Source: Tubiluchus corallicola | Lineage: Eukaryota; Animalia; Priapulida | Reading direction: 5' to 3' | NCBI GenBank assembly: GCA_030141605.1 | Contig: JAQGDQ010000172.1 | Span: forward strand, 1 to 64,000 | DNA length: 64,000 nt | Shown here: in pieces, positions 12,701-24,700 of the stretch | How positions within the stretch are numbered: the stretch's first letter is position 1 | How the letters are laid out: every line of letters begins with the position of its first letter | Notes under the pieces: model-generated | What the model saw: the letters and a program-made list of their open reading frames with translations, nothing else | Told to the model about the DNA's origin: nothing | Database searches by the model: none | Translations under genes and position numbers: made by a program

Positions 12701-15700
12701 ATGGCATTGCTGTCCGTTGTTCAGGCAAAACTTCCTGGTTCTGACTTTCTTCTAATGAAAGACAAGAAGATAAGTAAAATGATTACTTTCTCATAACTAG
12801 TATAACTTGATTTAACTACATCTACATTTAAAAACTTGTGTAACTTTGGATATTTACACTTTTTCAGCATTGACACTTTTCTGAATGACTTAGATCCTAT
12901 GCTTCAAGATAACCCCAAATGGAATGAACTAAAAAGAAATTACCTTTTCTTCAACAGTATGCTTGAGACAGCTAATAGAGACTTGGGAAGTGCACCAGGT
13001 ACATTAAAGCACTTAGGTCTAATTAACTGTCACACAGAGCTGGATAAGGCATAAACCGTGAGAAGAAAGAGCTCATGTAAGATAAACGTATGCTAGCCAA
13101 TGGTCCTTGTCACACAGATAATCCATTTGCCATGACCACCTGCTGAACCCTTTTTTTCGAGCCGCTTTGTGCACATCATAAGGTGCATTTATTGCTAAAT
13201 GAATTTAGCCATTAATTTTATTTGCTGTTAGGTATCTTTGATCATCACCAATTTGATAATTAGTGTATTTGAGCTTTTTACAGTACACAATTTATTTATA
13301 TCATAAGAATTCATAGCACAGTGGTCTCCCAAACATGAATAAGCAATTTTTTAAGCATGACATTTTACCAATACTGCAGCTATTATGATTTTCATAATGA
13401 AACAGTTCTTTAAAAGAAATGTGTTATTCTTTAATGAGCAAAATTACTCAAATATGCATGAATAAAATTTGCAATTAAAATGAATGTTTGACAACGAGCC
13501 ATTCTATACAATTATTTTAAACATATTATTTACCACTACATGTGAACATGAAATAGAACTATTACTGATAGGTTGATTAACTGATATGATTGTCTAACTA
13601 ACTGACAGACATATTAACTTCCTTGTTGACTGCATGCCTACAAGCTGTTTGTTTGGTTGACTAACTGCTAAGCAAAGCAATGAACAAGCCAGTCAGTTAT
13701 TCAGTCTGTTAGTTAGTCACTCTATTAAACAGTCAATTATTGTTCAAAAGTGTGGTATGCTATTCCATTCTTGTTTTATTGTTACCAGAATACATCATCC
13801 TTGTTAGTTCACCAGTAAATTTCTCTCGAGTCACTTCTACCCATTTATGGAGCTTGAGCGTTAACTCAACTTGTTTCACTTCTTATACCCAGAAAGTGAT
13901 CTTTTACCTACTGAATGGGCTCTTTTTTTCAATCTTGACTGCAACAGGAAATCGCAAATATAGCACATTTTTATATATTTTAATTTTATTAAGTGGTAAA
14001 ATATGTTTTTCAGATGTGAACATTACATTTTGGGAAGTTTTCAAAGATCCAGTTTTCGTGCAAGAGGAATTGGCGCAACTCTACAACCTGAGCGAAAGCA
14101 TTATTTCTACGCTTCTAAGAAGTCGCTTAAATCCAAGTTTCATTCGTAAAGCTACTGCCATTCGCAACAATGTACCTGATGAAGAAATTTTGGCATATAT
14201 TTGTCAAAATTTCGTCTCGATGTTTTATGTCATTCCGTCAAATGAAATTGATTTACGGAATATACTGGCCTTACGAGATGCCATCTGCAAAGACGCCAAA
14301 TCATTTCAAACTCAAATACAAGAACAACTTGATTATAGTGAAATAGATACACTTATTCAGCAATATGTGAGTAAATATGAACTTGTTATACTATAAAATG
14401 GGGTGAATAGGCACAGTGGAGTGAGTAGGGACAAAACCCGAGAAAAGTTATTAAAGCTCCTACTATACTGCACGAATAATCAATGTGCAGTTCATTATAA
14501 TTTTATTATCTGACTGATACATGTCAGCCAAGCATGGTTATCTACCAAAGACATTATGTCATTGTGAAGTCAGTCCTGATTGCCATGGCAGCCGTAAACC
14601 CAAGGCATATTAATAGGCAAAAAAAGTAATGGTAGTCTAAACTTTTATTGCACATGCTTAATCAGTAAGCCAGATGTGGTTATTTTGTAGCTGGCAGTTG
14701 AGTGACTTATCTTCAGTAATACCTCACCATTTTTTCCAGTTTGAGTCATTCTTCCTTTTTGTGAATTTTTGAGCAGTTTTAGACTTGGTTTGATAAAAAT
14801 AATGGGGTGAATGGGGACAACATGCATGCACATATAAATGACTCCCTGCTGGAGCATAATACGAGAAAGCAATGCCAAGAACAACACATTGCTATGAGCA
14901 AATTGTGGGAGCAAATTAGTGAATTTAGATGTTTGATGTTACCTAGGCGCAATGCTATCTAACCAAGCTTTGTAAATTTATCCTAGATGTCAAAGTGACT
15001 GAGTTTAAGACATGTTTTTACAAAACCTAAGTTGTGTCCCTTTTCACCTCATGTAATGCAAGATGGGTACACAAACGGAAAATAAGGCTGTCCCTATTCA
15101 TCCTAAAGTATGGGGCTGAAAGAGATACCAGTTTTTAAATAAAAAACAATGTACAATTTTTTTAATTATAACAATACATTCAAAAGATGGATTATGCAAG
15201 TGGCTATATAACTACCAAACACAATTTAGAATAAAAACTAGCAGAAGAATTACAGCAGTTTGAATGCAAAAACTGTCCCTATTCACCCCATTTTGCAGTA
15301 CTAATTTTTAACTACTTTAATTGAAATAAGTAAAAAGCCCGGAGAAATCTCCTCCATTGGCATGAAAAACACAAATAAGATTGTTTTCTTGTTGTTCATT
15401 GTAAGGCAAAAGATGTCCCAGTTTTAGAGAATTTAATTATATTATATTCATGCTGAAACAAAATAATTTGTGCACAGAATTGGGAGATATGTGAACTATG
15501 CGTAAACATACAGCACATTTGAATTTCTGTCCTATATTTTGAGGTCATTATTAAAAAAGACATTTTTTTCATTGGTTTTCCCATTGTTTTAATTGTAATT
15601 GGTAGCTTTGTGGCTTACTGTCTGACCTTTGATAGATGCCTATATTTATAACATGAAAAAATCAGTTGTTTAGTTTATGAGGTAAACAAATTCCTGCTCT

Positions 15701-18700
15701 GTCTGAATTTTTACTGTGTATTTCTTTTTGTTTAGCTTGACAATGCAAACAAAACGATTGCTAACGAGCGTATCAATTGGACACATGCGTTTGTTAATGC
15801 TCAACAGTTATTGAAGACTTTAACAAATTTCAGTGATGAATATGGTGAACTGATAGAAACACTTGCACAAATTAGTGTCACCGAAATGGTGCAAACGTTG
15901 GTAAACTCCTATGTGCACCAGACAACTAAGTATGTAAATTGTAGAAATCTATCTGAATGGGCTTAATTAATTAATTGCTTGACTTTAGATGTTAATCACC
16001 ATTATATGGTGGACCAGTTTTAAAAGTGAAAAGGTAGACATGCACATCAGGTACCGTGTTATTTGCAATATAAGATGAATGGTTCCTCGTTTTGCAGGCT
16101 AAGATTAAGAAAAAGCTTTAGGCTTCAGTTAGGCTTGCCATTAGTACATTTTCATATTATAAGTGCAGTAAAAAAGGTGTAACCTGCAATGACTTTTACG
16201 TTCAACATATAATATGTTGGCTGTTTTTAGAATGGACTTTGCTGGAAATAGGAGTGCCTTACATCCAAAAATTTTCCAAAAAATATGGTTTAGCTTCATA
16301 TAAGCAAAGTTTGAATTCAAATGTATCTGTATAATAATAATAATAATAATAATAATTGATTTGAAGAAACCAAAAAAACTTGAAATTTGGTTTTGAGATT
16401 TTATTATGTGTCTACATAATCAGCAAAGTAGTGTCACGTTGAAAAGCAGAAAACCAAGTGACCAAAACTACTGGTGAAATCACATAGGTGTGACAACAGG
16501 TTTAGAGATTATGCATTCATAAAGACTGTAGAAGCCAATGAAAATTTAAACAGTAAAGAGAAAGATTTAAGAATTTTAACAAGAGTACCTGAAGGTGGCA
16601 GCAAAATTCAAAAAAGTATGATGAAAATACAACATAAAATTTAAATTTAGAATAATTAAAATGATTTTTCTTCTGTCCAATAATAATAATAATAATAATA
16701 ATTAAAAATAATAATAATAGCAATATTAATAATAATAATAAATTATTACTAATCCACGAGGTATTACTTGTTCATTACTGATAAAAAACTTGTCTCAAGG
16801 TTAGAATTTTGATGGTCAGGCACTATATTAATTTTATGGTCATAACTCATTATTCATAGCATCTCCAAAATTTCATATAAACAATGTCGATGAATGTAAT
16901 TATTAATTTGTTAAGCATGAATCTGTTGTTGTTAACCTCTGTAAAGCATTTTGCATTCTGTTTTCTCGCCTTACACAATGCGCACATCTACAAACCACAG
17001 TGTTGCAAACTGGGGGCTTCAAATTTGTTGGCACGTGATGTGTGTAGTGACGTAGTTGTAAAGCACTTAACCACAAAACTTGTGCGCGCCTTTAAAAATC
17101 GCTTCCGAGTACAAAAAAGAAGTTCACAGGCTATAGTTTACTGCAGTCATTGAAATATTTGGCCAAAATACTAAAACAAAAAATTAATCGTGTTATCGAA
17201 TTACAAGAACAAGTTTGTAATCTAATTACAAAATTTCAAAATCGCCGATCACTAGCCACTATGCCAGTTAATGTATTAAGGTTCATTTTCTAATGGTAGC
17301 TATGATTATAGATTTGTATAGGATGTTTAACTGTGTATGTACAGTCACACATGTTTTCATTTATTTGTTTCAGTGATGAGGCTATCACTCATTATGCGCA
17401 GCTTGTTCTAGAAGCTTATTTAGGCAAGGATCATGCACTGTTGACAATTGATAAAGTAGACTTAGCAATACAAATTTTACAGAGTATTGTTGACAAAAGA
17501 AATGGTAAGAGTCATTTTGAATAAATTGATATGCAGTAGGCGCTGCTTAATAGACTCACAGTTAATAGACTCAATCGCTTAATTGACTCAAAAACACCTG
17601 GAATGGGCCGCTTCTATTCAAATACACAAAAACTGTCAGTAATTGACTCAAGTAACTCCTCATAATTGACTCAATATTTTTCTTTCACCTACTTAAAATA
17701 AGATATTTGTATGTGCCTTTCCTACTTTTATGTGAGCTTTACTTCTTTTTTATGCACTATATATGGAGAAACAATCATGTTAAGTACCGTTTTGTTTATG
17801 AGCAGGTACATTTATCGTGCACTAATACGGTAGAGTAGCGGTTTTGCATTGAATCTGTTACCCGCTCGCCCAGTGTTACCCAAAGAATTTCTGGAAGCTA
17901 AGCATTTAATCACTTGCCTAGTGGTTTCCTTTTGATGCTCTCGTTGCAAATCACGCTTTCGGGCTTAATGAGTTAACAGTCAAAGATGCAGGTACAGTAA
18001 TCAGCTGGTATTCCTTGTGACTTACAAGAGTAAACATCGTACTGCAAATAAGGGCAATGTAAGTGAGCAGACGATTTAGAACTATTTTAGTCACACACAA
18101 CAACAGATTTTCAATGTTTCGCAAGAAAATGAAGCAGCAGACTTTGAAGGAATTTTTGTAATTTCTGCAAATAAACAGACTTGTGTGATTTCGAAAAGTA
18201 TACTTTTTAATTTATTGCTAATTCACTTATATAAATTAATAATTTAAAATATTTTTTTAAATTTTTAACTGCACAAAAGAATTTAGGCATTACTTCGTTT
18301 CTAAAATTCATTAAAAACCTTTGCAGTGCATAGTAAACTGATACATCTGTACCTATAATACTACACCCATCGGTTAATAGGTTCAGTTGGTTAATTGGGT
18401 CAAAACACGTCGGTCCCACGTGAGTCTATTAAGTGGGGTTTACTGTATTGGTATTAAGTGTGATGGATTCGATGAATTACAGTCAGTTATGCAATTACGG
18501 CGAGCTCGACAGTTTGGTCACTTTTTTATGTAGTTTTTTAATTTTCAAGTATTTTTTGTTTGTAAGTTAACTGGTGTGTTAAATTGTCAACTTTTTTGCA
18601 TATATGTTTTTTAGCTGTCTGCTTAAAATTCTTTATCGTCCAATGTTTCTTTAATATAATACACTCATTTATACTATGTAAACAAATGAACAAACTGTGG

Positions 18701-21700
18701 TTGTTGCAGTAAATCTGATGTATTTCTTGTTTAAATTTGTTCAATATTTCGACATACTGCACATTGTAATTTTTGGCTTTATATTTTTGAAGGGGACATA
18801 ATGTTGAAATATTGGATAAATTTAAACAAAACAAAAAATGCACCAGATTTACTGCAACAAGCGAGGTTTTTTCATGTGTTTACATAGTATAATTCAGTAT
18901 GAAAACTGCAGAACCTTTCCAACTAGTTAAAGCGTTAATACACTCATCATTCATGAACTGATCTCATTGTTCGGTTTTTTGCACGTGAACAAGCGTTGTT
19001 TTTTTGAATTTATTCTGTTGCATTCAGATTCCGCTTCTCAAATTTGAATGCTGCTGTGTGTACAAACTTCTTTGTTTTTATAGTATTATTCCAACTGTTA
19101 TTATTTTTATAATTTAAGTTTGTTGATATAATGCAACAAATGTTGGAAAACTGACACTAAACTGTCTGATAGGTATTTACAACTTGTATATTGCATAATA
19201 TAAGCAATATTTTGATGCTAAACACATTTGTTAGATAGAATCCAGAACCATTAGCTAAACAGCAAAACGTTACTATTAATTTTTTTTTACTAAGTTATTT
19301 TTCTAGTTATGCTTTCTTTATAGGTTGAAATCTTTGTCATTTTGCATAGCGGTTTTTACTTAAGTAACACATTCACATTTTTTAGCTTTATTGGCCAATT
19401 GGTTAGAAATATTTCACAGCGTTTCCAATTACGAGGCTGCAAAGAATGCCATGCAGATTGTCACTGATCCGGAGAACTTAGCGGTAATAACTAATTTAAT
19501 ATTTTATAAATAAAATTGTCTATGTCTTTCGGATTGTGTGCTCAGCTTTTCAGGAAACTAACTAGTGCATGACAGATTAATTATCTAACTCTTGATGCAA
19601 CATTATATCTTTATAATTCAACTATGTAACCTTGAAATACTGGACTCTTATCTTGGCTGGTTCCTTTACTTGTTACTTTAGCCCACTTGACCGACTCATG
19701 TTGTTCTTCTGGACAAGTTTGATTCAATATCAATACTGCAATCTCTTGCTTGCCAAAAATCAGCTACTAGGTTGAGCCATTTTAACTCTTTTTAATGAAA
19801 GATGGTCTCAAAATTTTCCAGAGTTTAGCAAGAGATTGTATACCAAATGCTGATAGTTTGCTTCATTCGTGGTTCATTTGCTTCTTTGGATACCAATGTT
19901 GGATACCAAATGCTGATAGTTTGCTTCGTTTGTGATTCATTTATTTCTTTGGATACTAAGTACCAACATTAGAGTACTTGTTTTGCTGGGCATTGTTTTT
20001 ATGTTTACCATGGGCATTCCCACATGCAGAACACTTGCTTGTAACTTCGATTTTTCTCAGGCCTCTTATCAGTGAAGTTCTTTATCGTGAAATTTGTTTT
20101 CCTCTTCAAAATGAACTTACAAACTCACTCTTTTCAAAAAAAGAACACCACTTGTTAACTGGCATATTGGTTGGAAGAATTCTGTTTTATAGGCCTTTCA
20201 GGATTTCAGATTTTCGTCTGATGCCCTTAGGCCACTGACATTGTTTAGGAAGCACTCTGTAGTAAAAAAGTTTTGGCATGAATCTGAATTTTTTGTATTT
20301 TGTTTACAAAGTTTTACTTTCTTAATTGAGATCAAGCTGCTATGATACATGTTATGAAATTACCCATAAAACATTGTTTAAATGCTGTATGATAGCTAAC
20401 ACTTTGTTTTCTTTATCCGTTGTACTGAGATAGCATGAGTTGATAGTTTTTTAATTTTTTAGATTCTGCTGAAGAAAAAAGATGAACCTGAAGACATCTT
20501 GTGTTCTGAAGTTATGGTATCCTCGTTGCTTAATAAGACTGACATTGATCAAGCTATTATGGACATTACCTGTAACCAATTGTACCTGGATTATGTATCT
20601 TCTTTGCTTGATAACAGTATTATAACTGAATCGGTTAGTGCCCTTCTTTTTTATTTGTTTATTTATTCCATTTATTTGTACATAAGAATTACAGTCAATA
20701 CAAATTATGAAATATAACAAGATAATAAGAAAAGAGAAAACTATAGGACAAATTAATGGGAGCTCAGCAGTTATCTTTGCTCTGATGGGTATTCTTGTCG
20801 GCTACTGTACAGGTCATGTGTGCTAGAAGTGTTGATGTAATTTTTTTTAAATGAATTTTAAGTGCATTGAGTGAATAAGCTTGTGTTACCATCATTCTTT
20901 TATAGAGCAATGAACTTGCTGTGTGCATAAGATTTTTTGTATGATACAGATTGCTGCTTATATCAAATGCAAACTCAAACTTTGAACATAATTAAGGATT
21001 AGTTTTGGTTGTCTTGCTGAAAGTCTTAATATTCTTCAACTGTAAAATATTTGCATTTTAATACTGGTAATGTTTCAGTTTCAAAGGTTGATCTCTTCTG
21101 ACTTGAACTTCACTGATTATGGTGAATATATACCATTTTCTGATTTACATGGCATCGTCTTGAAAGTAGAAAACCTGCTTGCATCATTTGACAGCTATTC
21201 ACCATTCTTTGTCTATTATCATGAGGCAGAATCAAACTACAATTCAAGGATTTATTCAAAAGCTGTATCTGCTTACGACTTTTCACAGTAAGAGTTCTTA
21301 GTTCTTTTATTAGCAATATGTGATCTAGCTATTGTATTAAGTTGCTAAGATGTGGTGTTAGAGCTATATGTAGTATTATTTTTCACATGTGCAGTGTCCA
21401 AAATTATTTGCTTGTATAATTACAAAACCTACTGTGTGTGGAAGTTTTTGTGTAATATTAATTATTTCTTGTAAATTTACAGTATGAGTGTGGCAACATT
21501 AGAACTTGGACCTATTGCAGAAAACAATAGTGATGTTTGGGCTGTAGCAGGACCACTCATGGATATTTTTAAAGATGTAGTTCTTGTGATTAGAACACAT
21601 ATGAGTAATTATAAAGGTGGGCAAATGATCAAATGGAAAAGTTTCTAAATTATATTACTAACTGATACATTAGGTGCCGCTTAATAGACTCACTTTGGGA

Positions 21701-24700
21701 TGGAGGTGTTTCGGCCCAATTAACTGACTTATATAATTAGTCATGGGTGTAGCCTATTAGTACTATAGAAGTATGAGTCATGACTCATCCCCTTAGTAAA
21801 TAAAGTGTTTTATTTTAAGTACGTGAAGGAAAATATTGAGTCAATTATGCTGAGTTGTTTGAGTCAATTACCAGTTGTTTATGAGTTAATTAAGCGACTG
21901 ATTCTATTAACCATGAGTCTAGTAAACAGTGCCTGCTGCATATGCATAAAATAATTAAATAAGTTCCTTGCAGCATACGTTAGTAATGTGTCTGTAAAAT
22001 GGCCTTTTGTTAAAACATTTTTACATTTTCTCAATAGGTCAGAAGGAGTATTTTGAAGAATTAGTGATGTCTGGCGACGGCGCTGAAATTGTTCGAAATT
22101 CTTTAGAAATGCTGATTGACCCAAAAAAGGTTTGAGCTTCATTATAATACTTGATTTTACAAGGAGTTTTGGCGCTATTACACTTTCACACCGCCTAGCT
22201 TTTTCTAGGTTATTGCTCGTTTCTAGGCTCGTACGTCATCATTCTATTATTCTTACGTCATCAGTGAATGTTTCCGCTAATCTAATTGTAATTTAATCAT
22301 ATATTTAGGTATAATTACCAATAATTACGCTGTATTCACAGTTCTACACCTATACAGGGCGTATCGCCATCTTGTTTGTGTGTGTAGTCACGTGACGAAT
22401 TTCGTAATAGTTTATGCATTATCAGGGCCTAGCTTAAAAGCACGTGACACACTTTCATCTTCACCGCATTTACGAAATAAAGAAAAAACCTTTACTTTTT
22501 TTATAATCTAATAGTAATAATACTACAGTAATAAATAAATTTAATGATAAATAACTGTAGTCGTCTAAAATAATTTCCCGCGATACGATACAAACTCCCG
22601 TTGCTGCAACCCTAATAATCATAAATTATGCGAAGAAACTAAAAATACATGTTAAGGGCCACATCGTCACTGCGCGAGAGCGATTGCGCATTAGTGGTGT
22701 AAACACAGTTATGCACGTGGAGCTTTTTGCATAATGGCGGCGATAAGTAATGTATGATTTTAATCTGGAATTATAAAGCGTAAAAAGCAATAATATTATG
22801 GGAATATGGTGTATATTACGCCTGTTGGTCTGCTTTCTGGCCTGCAGGCGTGAAAAGAACCAATAGGCCAGGAAAAGCTAGGCGGTGCGAAAGTGTAATA
22901 GCGCCGGAGTTTTTAACAAATGAGTAAAATGTGTATTGTTACGCTACTGAAGTTAACTCCAGATAAATAGTGAATGGACATTAATGCAGAATGTTTTGAC
23001 AAATGTTTGTTCAAATGTCGATTCATTTCATATTTAACATATACGTTATAGTGCAGCATTATTTAAATTAAAGTTGAATAGCTAAAACACTTTTCCTAAT
23101 TTGTGTAGGCTAAATTACTGGAGCAGCGGCTCAGTTTTACTAACCCGGAGTATGTGCTGTGTGACAGTCTGGTTCTAGACCATGATCTTAAGATGGATCT
23201 TTCATCAGTACGAAAGTTTTTCTGTGATCCAGCATATAGTTATAAATATTATTACTTGTCAAGTGAGCAGGCAATGGAAAGATTGTCTGAAAAGGTAAAA
23301 ACACACACACACACATATATATATTACAGTTGCTATTTCATTTCAAGTATTTCAAATAAGAAAAAAGTTGTCTCTTTAACTAGATATTCTCAATTTTGTG
23401 TTTGTCGATTTCTGTTGGAAATTTTTCGTTTTAAGAATTCTAAAAATGGGTCTGTATTATTGGACATAATGCATTGCTGTCTTTTTCTAGACCGTGTAGT
23501 TGCTGTTCGCAGATTCAAGGTACTAAGAGTTCATGAAAAACTCCAATCTTCTAAACAAAGATTGAGTAGTAGTTTGTTTTTAGTGATGTTTAGTGGTTGA
23601 TAGAGTGAATGACAGTTTTTTCTGCAATCTAGTGTATATTTTGCAATAATTTTGCTTGCAATTACAGCCTAAGTTTGTGTGTTATTCATAAATTTCCATT
23701 TGGTTGGTGCTGCTGTATATTCACATTGATGTTTACAAAATCAGTTTAGTGTGCGGTAAGTCAGTTATAATCTATCTTTCCTTTTCAGTTGAGTAATTTG
23801 GAAGTTTGGAATAATGCACAATTGAATGAGTCTTTTGATTGGGTTGGTTTGCTTTCTAATCTACATCGTACATTGACCATTCTTGTGGATTTGCTGCATG
23901 ACGATGATTTTGGTATTTATGATTGGTCCGTTAGTGATGATGTAGACAAAATTGTGCTTCACTGGATGGATAGGTTGACAAATGCGAGTACAGCATGGGA
24001 AAGGTGACAAAATTATTATGTTTTTTTGCAGTTATTACAAGGGTTGTCATTTTGCTTTTGTTTTAAGTAATAGCAACTCAGTAATAGGGTAAGTACAAAT
24101 ATACCACAGTAACATAAAAAATTCAAAAAGTAAAATAGTAGATCATAATGTGCACAATGATTAAATAGTCTGAAAAATGCCTGCACATGATCAGGTCATA
24201 TGAATTCATTAGTCACTAGTGATCTTGCTAATAAGAATAAAATTAAAATAAGAGTTTTCTTTAAACAACATAGATTTCGGAAAATTTTTTATTAAAAACA
24301 CCATTGTCAGTGATAAATCTAAAGTTATATAATAGGAAGAAAATTAGAATAAAAAGTAAATTTTCTGCACACAGCTGTCAGCATAAAACAAGAGAGTATC
24401 AAAATGCATTAAAGTGCCGACTTACTAATCTAATACTTTTGTGTTTTACTGTTACAGTTGGTTAAAGTTTCATAGAGAAATAAAGGTTATAAAAACCGCA
24501 ATGCAGCTATGTGTATAAAGTAAATTGACTACTGATCTATTTAATTATTGCCTAATTCAAATTCAAATTCAGTTTATTTCACCAGCAGACAAGCAAACTA
24601 AAATAATACAAATACATGTACAATTTTTCTGTGTAATTGAACAACAACAAAAAATTTCTGACTCCCTAAACATACTATATTAAAGTGTTCAATTTTCCTG

